Source: an uncultured Gammaproteobacteria bacterium (GTDB lineage: Bacteria > Patescibacteriota > Patescibacteriia > Patescibacteriales > UBA12465). From it: DNA of 54,776 nt. The translations under genes and the position numbers were made by a program. The notes beneath the pieces were generated by a model. That model was given only the letters and a program-made list of their open reading frames with translations, was not told the origin of the DNA and made no database searches. The DNA is taken from NCBI GenBank assembly GCA_964479455.1, contig CAYZMF010000001.1:1-54776 (forward strand), written 5' to 3'. Positions 47,257 to 54,776 of this stretch are shown piece after piece (within the stretch, counting starts at the first letter, position 1; every line of letters starts with the position of its first letter).

Positions 47257-48114
47257 ATGAAAAAAATAGTAGTAGTTGTTTTTTTGTTTTTTATTGCCCT
47301 TACAGCTGTAGGACAAGTAATTGTTGAAAATTCCCATAACTTCCCTGTGGAAGTTATTGTGGGAAAAAAAAGTTTTATCTTGCCAGGCAGTGGGCGAGCT
47401 AGCACCACCCTATTTTCTCCCAATAGGGAGAATACATATAAGGTGAGCTGGTACGATGGCTTAAGCAAGAAAAGTAGATTATTCACTGAAAATGTGAAAA
47501 ATGTCTTAGTAATAGATGTGAACCGAGGGCCAATTACTAAGGAGGTAAAAATTTCTTCTATAGCTGAGACTCGCCAAACTCTTAGCCAAGGGAAAAGCGA
47601 ATTAAGAGTGATTAAGAATGCCTCTGATCGGAGGTTCCAAGTTATTTCTAAAAGTTATGGCTTGGAAGGACTTTCCTTGGCTCCAGAGCAGGAGTCAGAC
47701 AGTGTTCTAATTCCCCAAGGCTTAATTGCCTTGACACTCCTTGTTGACTTGGATGCTGATTCAATCAGCACCGGCCGCCGTTATATGCAACAGGTTTTTA
47801 CGCAAATTGTTACTCAGGATCAAGAAATTATCCGGGTGACCGACAATCATCTACATGTGGCCTTCGCTGGGCGTGAAAAAGTTCGTTTTGTTTTTCATAA
47901 TAAAACTGGCCATGATGTTGTCGGCGTTGGAGGTAGTGTATTAGGGCAAGTTATTGCCAGTGGCAAACTATCAAGGAGGACACTTGAAGCTAATGACGGC
48001 TTCATGAATGCCACCTGGCAATTCATAGACAATAAAGGCGTTCTAAGGCAGGCCATGTCAATTTATGTGCTTGCCGAGAAACGAATGCGCGTAGAAATAA
48101 GGCGCATTGAATAA
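47257..48114 (+). CDS. Secreted hypothetical protein with atypical (GC-richer) composition
   Basis: Signal peptide MKKIVVVVFLFFIALTAVGQ. The mature part is Arg/Gly/Val-rich and Lys/Ile/Asn-poor compared with its neighbours. It has its own terminator. Confidence 0.8.
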   Translation: MKKIVVVVFLFFIALTAVGQVIVENSHNFPVEVIVGKKSFILPGSGRASTTLFSPNRENTYKVSWYDGLSKKSRLFTENVKNVLVIDVNRGPITKEVKISSIAETRQTLSQGKSELRVIKNASDRRFQVISKSYGLEGLSLAPEQESDSVLIPQGLIALTLLVDLDADSISTGRRYMQQVFTQIVTQDQEIIRVTDNHLHVAFAGREKVRFVFHNKTGHDVVGVGGSVLGQVIASGKLSRRTLEANDGFMNATWQFIDNKGVLRQAMSIYVLAEKRMRVEIRRIE

Positions 48115-48119
48115 TATTT

Positions 48120-48154
48120 ACCCGTTTTCCTTGTAAAAAGGAAGCGGGTTTTTT
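48120..48154 (+). terminator. Rho-independent terminator
   Basis: ACCCGTTTTCCTT-gtaaa-AAGGAAGCGGGT followed by a T-tract. Confidence 0.75.
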
Positions 48155-48156
48155 AA

Positions 48157-48185
48157 TTGACTAAGCCCTTTGGCTTTGCTAAACT
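48157..48185 (+). promoter_or_regulatory. Promoter of the MBL-hydrolase/ndk/gyrA gene string
   Basis: TTGACT (48157-48162), a 17-nt spacer and TAAACT (48180-48185). Confidence 0.5.
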
Positions 48186-48222
48186 TAAAGCATTGGAAAG
48201 ACTTTTTTATTTACAAAAACAT

Positions 48223-48876
48223 ATGATTATTACTTGGCAGGGGCATTCCTGCTTTAAAATTCAAGATAAAATAGCCAGTGATGGGATTACAGTAGTAACT
48301 GATCCTTTTGATAAAAGCTTAGGTTTAAAGTTAGCTAATTTTGAAGCGGACATAGTAACTGTTTCCCATGATCATGCTGATCACAATAATGTCTCTTCTT
48401 TAAGAGGAACTCCTTATATAATAAATCAAGCGGGTGAATATGATGTCAAGGGAGTTTTAGTTGAAGGAGCGGATTCATACCATGACAAAAACAAAGGAGC
48501 TGATAGAGGAATGAATATAATCTATCGTTTAGTGGTAGATGATATTAGTATTGTTCATTTGGGCGATTTAGGCCATATTTTAGATGATAAGCACTTGGAA
48601 AAATTAAATGGGGTTGATATACTTTTAATTCCGGTGGGAGGAAAATATACTATTGATTACAAAGAGGCGGTTAATGTTGTTTCTCAAATTGAGCCAAGAA
48701 TTGTTATTCCCATGCATTATAAGATGAAAGAAGGTGGCCTTAAAGACATTGATGAAGTTGACAAGTTTATTAAAGAGTTAGGAATTAGTCCTATTTATGA
48801 AGATAAATTAAAGATAAGTAAAAAAAATCTTCCTACAGAGGATAGAGAGTTGCTTATTTTAAAGTATAATAATTAA
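48223..48876 (+). CDS. Metal-dependent hydrolase with a metallo-beta-lactamase fold (UPF0173-like)
   Basis: MIITWQGHSCFKIQ... and SHDHADH. The ATG at 48223 is preferred over the track start at 48157, which coincides with the -35 box. Confidence 0.8.
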   Translation: MIITWQGHSCFKIQDKIASDGITVVTDPFDKSLGLKLANFEADIVTVSHDHADHNNVSSLRGTPYIINQAGEYDVKGVLVEGADSYHDKNKGADRGMNIIYRLVVDDISIVHLGDLGHILDDKHLEKLNGVDILLIPVGGKYTIDYKEAVNVVSQIEPRIVIPMHYKMKEGGLKDIDEVDKFIKELGISPIYEDKLKISKKNLPTEDRELLILKYNN

Positions 48877-48884
48877 TAAATAAT

Positions 48885-49487
48885 ATGAATCATCCTAAAA
48901 AAGAAAAGACATTAGTAATTTTAAAACCTGATGCTATTCAAAGAAGTTTAATTGGTGAATTAATTAAAAGATTTGAGCAAACTGGTCTTAAATTAGTTGC
49001 TTTAAAAATGCTTCAAGCCAGTGAAGATTTGTGTTGGAAGCATTATAATAAAGATGAAAAATGGTTTTTAAGTAAAGGAGAATTATTAATAAAAAACAGA
49101 AAAGACAAAGGCATGCCTATTGAAAAAAAAGCGATTGAGTATGGGCAAGATATTATTGGCAGTTTAGTAAAATTTATAACCGCCTCCCCTGTGATCGCGA
49201 TGGTTTTTACTGGTAATCAAGCAATTGGAATTGTTAAAAAATTAGTTGGAGGAACCGAACCTTTAACTTCAGATGTTGGTACGATTAGAGGTGATTTTAC
49301 TCTAGATTCATATGAATTATCTAATTATGATCAAAGAGCGGTTAGGAACTTAGTTCATTGCTCAGATGAAGCCTCAGAAGCAGTTAGAGAAATTAATTTA
49401 TGGTTTAGGCCAGAAGAAATTTTTTCTTATAAACTTGTGGCTGAACATATTTTGTATGATGTCGATTTAGACGGAATAAAGGAATAA
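48885..49487 (+). CDS. ndk: Nucleoside diphosphate kinase (long form with an internal insertion)
   Basis: EKTLVILKPDAIQRSLIGELIKRFEQTGLKLVALKM and catalytic His in NLVHCSD. It is 200 aa long because of extra residues after the first third. Confidence 0.8.
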   Translation: MNHPKKEKTLVILKPDAIQRSLIGELIKRFEQTGLKLVALKMLQASEDLCWKHYNKDEKWFLSKGELLIKNRKDKGMPIEKKAIEYGQDIIGSLVKFITASPVIAMVFTGNQAIGIVKKLVGGTEPLTSDVGTIRGDFTLDSYELSNYDQRAVRNLVHCSDEASEAVREINLWFRPEEIFSYKLVAEHILYDVDLDGIKE

Positions 49488-49490
49488 TTT

Positions 49491-49817
49491 ATGTTTAAGA
49501 ATAAGAGCAAAGAGGAAAAAAAATATTTAATTTTCACGCTGGGGGTTATTTGTTTTACTTTTCTTTTTCTTTTTTTATGGGCAATTAATTTAAGACAAAT
49601 AATTTTTCCAGTTGTAGCCACTGATCAAGTAAGTCAGGATAATAAATATTGGCAAAATTTAAGAGTTAATGTTTTAGGTGATATTGAAGAGTTTAGTAAT
49701 GAGTGGAATGATTTACAGGCAAGTAATCAAACTAGCCAGGGAGAAGCTGTTTTAAACAATTTAAAATCTAAAATAGAAGAGAAAAATACCTGCTTATTAG
49801 GAGAGGATTGTGAATAA
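49491..49817 (+). CDS. Single-pass membrane hypothetical protein
   Basis: TM segment YLIFTLGVICFTFLFLFLWAI followed by a polar tail. Confidence 0.6.
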   Translation: MFKNKSKEEKKYLIFTLGVICFTFLFLFLWAINLRQIIFPVVATDQVSQDNKYWQNLRVNVLGDIEEFSNEWNDLQASNQTSQGEAVLNNLKSKIEEKNTCLLGEDCE

Positions 49818-49827
49818 TAAATAATTT

Positions 49828-52320
49828 ATGTCAAAGAAAAAAGAAGAGATAATACCAAGAGCCTTAAAAGATGGCGAAGAAAGAACTGAATATGGAATTG
49901 TTAAGGAGGAGGCGATTGTTGAAGAAATGAGTCGCTCATATTTAGATTATGCGATGAGTGTTATTGTCTCCCGAGCCTTACCTGATGTCAGAGATGGTCT
50001 AAAGCCAGTTCATCGACGAATACTATATGCAATGTGGAGTATTGGACTCCGCTTTAATGCTAAATTTAGAAAATCAGCGACTGTAGTTGGTGAGGTCTTG
50101 GGTAAGTATCATCCTCATGGCGACAGTGCTGTTTATGACTCTTTAGTTCGCTTAGCTCAAGATTTTTCTATGCGCTATCCTTTAGTTCGAGGTCAAGGAA
50201 ACTTTGGCTCAATGGATGGCGACCCAGCAGCAGCGATGCGTTATACTGAAGCTAAGTTAGCAACGATATCTGAGGAATTGCTTTTAGATATTGAAAAGGA
50301 AACAGTTGATTTTAGACCTAATTTTGATGATTCACAAAAAGAACCAATAGTCTTTCCAGCCAAACTTCCCAACTTATTGTTAAATGGAACTATGGGAATA
50401 GCAGTGGGCATGGCGACTAATATTCCTCCCCATAATTTAAATGAATTAATCTTAGCCATTGAGCATTTAATTGATAAGCCTGAGGCTAGTGTTGAGGATT
50501 TATTTGAATTTGTTAAAGGTCCAGACTTTCCAACCGGAGGGATTATTTATGATAAAAAAGATATTTTAAATGCTTACGCAACTGGCAAGGGCGGAATAGT
50601 TTTAAGAGGGGTGGCTAATATTGAAGAAAAGGGTTCAGCTTTTCAAATTATTATCTCTGAACTTCCCTATCAGGTCAACAAGGCGGATTTTGTTGCTAAA
50701 ATTGCTGATTTAGTTAAGGATAAAAAATTAGAAGGAATTAGGGGACTTCGCGATGAATCAGATCGCGACGGAGTCAGGGTCGTTATTGAGTTGAAAAAAG
50801 ACACTTATCCAAAGAAAATTTTGAATGCTTTGTATAAAAACACCTCCCTACAAACTACCTTTCATGTTAATATGTTAGCTTTAATTGATGGCCTCCAGCC
50901 TAGGGTGTTAACTCTAAAAATGATTCTAGAAGAATATATTAAGCATCGCCAAGAAGTAATTAGGAGGAGGACTCAATTTGATTTGCAAAAAGCCAAAGAT
51001 AGAGCCCATATTTTAGAGGGTCTAATGATTGCTTTAAAAAATATCGATGAAGTCATTAAAACGATTAAAGCTTCTGCTAATAAAGAAGTAGCTAAACTTA
51101 ATTTAATTAAAAGATTTAAATTATCTGACCGACAAGCAACCGCTATTTTAGAGATGAGACTACAGAATTTAGCTAATTTAGAAAGACGAAGGATTGAAGA
51201 TGAATTGAAAGAAAAAATGATTTTAATCGGTCAGTTAGAGGCTATTTTGCAATCAGAAAAGAAGATTAGATCAATTATTAAAAAAGAATTAAAAGAAGTA
51301 AATGAAAAGTTTGGTGATTCTAGAAAAACTAAAATAGTTGCTCATGGTGTAAAAGAATTTAATATAGAAGATTTGGTACCCAATGAAGAAATGGTTTTAA
51401 TGATGACCCGAGACGGCTATATCAAAAGAATTGAGCCTGATACCTTTAAAGTTCAAGCTAGAGGCGGTAAGGGAGTAATTGGTTTAAATACTAAAGAAGA
51501 GGATGCCGTTGAATTTATGTTTACTACTTTTACACATAGTGATTTACTATTTTTTACCACCAAGGGGAGGGTCTTTAAGATAAAGGCCTATGAAATACCA
51601 CAGAGTTCACGGATTGCCAAAGGCACTCCAATTGTTAATTTTCTACAATTGTTAAGTGGCGAGCAAATTACTTCAATACTACCGCTAGACAAGATATGTG
51701 ATAGCAAACATCTATTTTTTGCTACTGAGTTGGGCTTGGTTAAGAAAGTTGAGTTATCCGCTTTTGACAATGTCAGAAGAAGTGGATTAATGGCTATTAA
51801 GATAAAAGATAATGATAGCTTGATTTGGACCAAGCCTACTTCTGGGAATGATGAGATACTTTTAGTTACCTCTCAAGGACAGGCAATTCGTTTTAAAGAA
51901 GAAAATGTCAGACAAATGGGTCGCAGTGCTTCAGGTGTCTACGGGGTTAGACTTAAGAAGGGTGATAAGGTCGTGGGAATGGGAGTAGCAAAAAATACAA
52001 AATCTAATTATCAGATTTTAACTATTATGGCCAATGGTTATGGCAAACGAACTAAATTTAGTTTATATAAAACACAGGGTCGTGGTGGCAGTGGCATTAA
52101 AGCAGCCAAGATAAGTGATAAGACTGGAAGCCTGACTAATGCTTTCTTGATAAACGCCGACTTAATGGAAAAAAGAGATCTTATTATTATATCTGACAAA
52201 GGCCAGGTCATTCGCCTTCCCTTTAAATCAATTAATGTTTTAAATCGAGACACTCAAGGAGTTAGAATTATGCGCTTTAAAGATAAAGATGATAAGGTGG
52301 CTAGTGTTACTTGGGTTTAA
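49828..52320 (+). CDS. gyrA: DNA gyrase subunit A
   Basis: [29 protein letters not shown], active-site AAMRYTE and a C-terminal beta-pinwheel repeat region. Confidence 0.92.
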   Translation: MSKKKEEIIPRALKDGEERTEYGIVKEEAIVEEMSRSYLDYAMSVIVSRALPDVRDGLKPVHRRILYAMWSIGLRFNAKFRKSATVVGEVLGKYHPHGDSAVYDSLVRLAQDFSMRYPLVRGQGNFGSMDGDPAAAMRYTEAKLATISEELLLDIEKETVDFRPNFDDSQKEPIVFPAKLPNLLLNGTMGIAVGMATNIPPHNLNELILAIEHLIDKPEASVEDLFEFVKGPDFPTGGIIYDKKDILNAYATGKGGIVLRGVANIEEKGSAFQIIISELPYQVNKADFVAKIADLVKDKKLEGIRGLRDESDRDGVRVVIELKKDTYPKKILNALYKNTSLQTTFHVNMLALIDGLQPRVLTLKMILEEYIKHRQEVIRRRTQFDLQKAKDRAHILEGLMIALKNIDEVIKTIKASANKEVAKLNLIKRFKLSDRQATAILEMRLQNLANLERRRIEDELKEKMILIGQLEAILQSEKKIRSIIKKELKEVNEKFGDSRKTKIVAHGVKEFNIEDLVPNEEMVLMMTRDGYIKRIEPDTFKVQARGGKGVIGLNTKEEDAVEFMFTTFTHSDLLFFTTKGRVFKIKAYEIPQSSRIAKGTPIVNFLQLLSGEQITSILPLDKICDSKHLFFATELGLVKKVELSAFDNVRRSGLMAIKIKDNDSLIWTKPTSGNDEILLVTSQGQAIRFKEENVRQMGRSASGVYGVRLKKGDKVVGMGVAKNTKSNYQILTIMANGYGKRTKFSLYKTQGRGGSGIKAAKISDKTGSLTNAFLINADLMEKRDLIIISDKGQVIRLPFKSINVLNRDTQGVRIMRFKDKDDKVASVTWV

Positions 52321-52381
52321 TAACTCCAAAATTCATAGAAAAATGGAAATAGCGAGTCTAAAGATACATTAATATAAAAAT

Positions 52382-53494
52382 ATGGATACTTATCTATTAT
52401 TTCTTTCCCTGTTATTACTCATCGGTTTAATTGTGGTGATAAGTCTTTTGCTTAACAGAAAAAAAAGTGGTCATGATGAAAAAATGCTAGATAGATTAAG
52501 TCAACAATCGGAGAAGTTAGCTCAATTATATACGCAAAATACAGAGCTCAGGCAAGAGCTAGATAAGAAATTAAGTGAAACACATTTAGCTAATCAGGGT
52601 CAATTTAAGCAAACAACTGATGTTATTCAAAATATAAACAAACAATCAGCTAAATTAATTACTGAGGTGACGGAAAAATTAGCGAAACTAGATGAAACTA
52701 ATAAGCAGGTGATTAACTTTTCCTCTCAATTACAAAGTTTGCAGGATATTTTAAAAAATCCTAAGCAAAGAGGGGTCTTAGGGGAATATTATTTAGAAGA
52801 AACTTTAAAAAATGTATTGCCACCTAAATCATTTCAGATGCAGTATTCACTAGGTAAGGATGATAAAACGGATAAGGAGTTAATTGTTGATGCAGTTGTT
52901 TTTGTGAAGGATAAAATTATTCCAGTTGATGCTAAATTCTCCTTAGAAAATTATGAAAGGTTATTAAATTGTCATGACAAAGAAGCTAGGAAAAAACTAG
53001 AGAGCCAATTTAAGCAAGATTTAAAAAATAGAATAGACGAGACGGCTAAATATGTCTTACCAGAAAAAGGAACAATGGATTTTGCTTTTATGTTTATCCC
53101 TTCTGAGGCAATTTATTATGACCTTTTAGTTAATTCGATTGGGAGCGCTAAAGTTAGTACTCGTAATTTAGTAGAATATGCCTTTCGTGATAAGAAGGTT
53201 ATTATTGTCTCGCCAACTAGCTTTTTAGCTTATCTCCAAACAGTTTTGCAGGGCTTAAAGGCAATGCAAATTGAAGAAAAGGCCAAAGAGATTAAGCTTA
53301 ATATTGAAAAATTAGGCAAGCATCTCTTAAGCTACGATGACTTTTTAAGAAAACTGGGCATTAGTTTGAAAACTAGTGTTAATCATTATAATAATGCTTA
53401 TTTAGAATTTAAAAAAATTGATAAAGATGTTGTTAAAATTACTGGAGCTGAGGTAAAAATCGAGCCTTTAAAAATTGATCCACCGCTAACTTAA
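52382..53494 (+). CDS. rmuC: DNA recombination protein RmuC
   Basis: An N-terminal TM segment, a long coiled coil and a C-terminal RmuC nuclease-like core (VDAKFSLENY...FAFMFIPSEAIY). Confidence 0.85.
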   Translation: MDTYLLFLSLLLLIGLIVVISLLLNRKKSGHDEKMLDRLSQQSEKLAQLYTQNTELRQELDKKLSETHLANQGQFKQTTDVIQNINKQSAKLITEVTEKLAKLDETNKQVINFSSQLQSLQDILKNPKQRGVLGEYYLEETLKNVLPPKSFQMQYSLGKDDKTDKELIVDAVVFVKDKIIPVDAKFSLENYERLLNCHDKEARKKLESQFKQDLKNRIDETAKYVLPEKGTMDFAFMFIPSEAIYYDLLVNSIGSAKVSTRNLVEYAFRDKKVIIVSPTSFLAYLQTVLQGLKAMQIEEKAKEIKLNIEKLGKHLLSYDDFLRKLGISLKTSVNHYNNAYLEFKKIDKDVVKITGAEVKIEPLKIDPPLT

Positions 53495-53495
53495 T

Positions 53496-54446
53496 ATGTT
53501 AAATCTTAATCAACAGGAATTTTCTTTAGCAATTATTAAAACAATTGTTTTTTTTGATATTTTTGACTACCCCCTAACAGCCTATGAAATCTATAATTAT
53601 TTAGCTTTTAAGACAAAATTTAAGGAAGTTATTGATATTTTGCCCCTTTTAATTGAAATTGGAATTATTGAAGAAAAAGATGGCTTTTATTATCTCAATA
53701 GCAAAGAAGATCATTATTATTCTCGCCTAAATAGATACCACTTAACTAATCGAAAATTGAAAATTGCTAAACGGGTAGCTAAGTGGTTTAGTTATCTACC
53801 TTTTGTAAAATTAGTGGCTTTAAGTAATTTAATCGGTCGACATAATATGCGAGAGGAAGGTGATATCGATATATTTATTATTGCTGGCAAAAAGCGTTTA
53901 TGGCTGGCTCGTTTTTTTTGTGCCGGTTTAATGAAATTGTTAAATAAAAGACCGACTGAGAAAAACAAGAAGGATAAAATCTGTTTAAGTTTTTATGTTG
54001 ACACCAATCATTTAGATCTCAGCGCTTTAAGCTTAGAGGGCGGAGAAGATTGGTATTTTTATTATTGGCTAGCCGGTCTTTACCCTTTATATGACGAAGG
54101 TTCATATTATTTGCGCTTGATGCAAAATAATCAGTGGTTAAAAAATTATTTACCTAATATTGATTTTTTAATCAGCAATCAAAGCTATAGCCCAGCTTTG
54201 AGATTTCGCTCTAAAGCCCCTTTTATTTTTAAAGGAATTAGTCAGCTCCTTAATATATTAGAAACGAAGGCAGAAAAATTTCAATTAAAGATTATGCCTC
54301 AGGCCTTAAAGGAGCAGGCCAATCAAGGCTCTCAAGTAGTTATTAAAGAAGGCATCATAAAACTGTATCTAAGTGATAGGCGCCAGGAGTTTAAAAGAGT
54401 ATTTGACCAAAAATTATATCAAGTTTTAAAAAAATGGCCAGAATAA
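53496..54446 (+). CDS. Hypothetical protein, possibly with a nucleotidyltransferase fold
   Basis: A GDIDIFIIAG segment after LSNLIGRHNMREE resembles the G-S...D.D minimal NTase motif. The functional call is weak. Confidence 0.6.
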   Translation: MLNLNQQEFSLAIIKTIVFFDIFDYPLTAYEIYNYLAFKTKFKEVIDILPLLIEIGIIEEKDGFYYLNSKEDHYYSRLNRYHLTNRKLKIAKRVAKWFSYLPFVKLVALSNLIGRHNMREEGDIDIFIIAGKKRLWLARFFCAGLMKLLNKRPTEKNKKDKICLSFYVDTNHLDLSALSLEGGEDWYFYYWLAGLYPLYDEGSYYLRLMQNNQWLKNYLPNIDFLISNQSYSPALRFRSKAPFIFKGISQLLNILETKAEKFQLKIMPQALKEQANQGSQVVIKEGIIKLYLSDRRQEFKRVFDQKLYQVLKKWPE

Positions 54447-54776
54447 ATAAAATATTATTAGCTTCATTCGTTTTCTTTTTGCCTTGGCAGATTAAGTATA
54501 TTTTAAAGCCCAGCCCTTTAAATTACTGGGAGATAGCTATATTTATACCTATTATTCTTGCTTTCTTTTTAGTAATTATTAACTTTTTTAAAATCATTGA
54601 ATCCTTAAAAAAGCTAAACAAATTAATCGCAATATCTTTAATTAGTCTTGACTTGCTGCTTTTTATCTCTATATTTCTGTCCCCTAATTTGCTCCTATCT
54701 GTTTACAGGTATTTTATATTTTTATTAGCCATTCTTTTATTTTTATTATTAATTAATATAAAAGATAAGTTATACT
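54434..54776 (+). CDS. Polytopic membrane protein, N-terminal fragment (runs off the window); possibly O-antigen-ligase-like
   Basis: The ATG at 54434 overlaps the preceding stop. The frame is open to the window end: MARINKILLASFVFFLPWQIKYILKPSPLNYWEIAIFIPIILAFFLVII.... Confidence 0.5.
   Translation, partial: MARINKILLASFVFFLPWQIKYILKPSPLNYWEIAIFIPIILAFFLVIINFFKIIESLKKLNKLIAISLISLDLLLFISIFLSPNLLLSVYRYFIFLLAILLFLLLINIKDKLY

Noticed and set aside
47145-47486. 113-aa minus-strand ORF.
   Set aside because: It is antisense to the promoter and 5' end of the well-supported secreted-protein gene at 47257-48114, and its composition is low-complexity and hydrophobic.
48157-48222. Upstream TTG start for the MBL hydrolase.
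   Set aside because: The TTG is part of a TTGACT -35 box immediately after a terminator. The conserved family N-terminus begins at MIITWQGHSCF (48223).

Overview
AT-rich, tightly packed bacterial chromosome segment. It is dominated by housekeeping genes: seven aminoacyl-tRNA synthetase genes (tyrS, argS, glyQS, valS, pheS, pheT, trpS), plus gyrA, topA, uvrA-like, der, ychF, tsaD, pth, ndk, rmuC and dprA. It also carries five tRNAs and one 16S rRNA gene on the minus strand. The low GC, compact overlapping genes, many small membrane or orphan proteins, scarce Shine-Dalgarno sites and an interrupted, unlinked 16S gene together look like a Candidate Phyla Radiation (Patescibacteria) genome; this placement is inference only. 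The standout feature is an 843-bp intervening sequence splitting the 16S gene in the 1400 decoding-centre region, which carries a decayed LAGLIDADG homing-endonuclease ORF. Other items worth follow-up are listed here.
- A 1006-aa covalent tandem of two complete PilB/GspE-type ATPases.
- A tRNA-Ile with a UAU anticodon.
- A UvrA that lacks the UvrB-binding domain.
- A 1554-aa orphan protein transcribed divergently from the 16S promoter.
- A GC-richer secreted-protein gene with its own promoter and terminator.
- A candidate promoter-to-terminator structured sRNA between convergent genes.
- A 600-bp AT-rich non-coding region with tandem DnaA-box matches flanked by two related hairpins.
- An unannotated 34-aa lysine-rich ORF with a perfect SD.

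No CRISPR array, transposase, integrase or recognisable defence operon was seen. All calls come from reading the sequence and the ORF translations; no searches were run.
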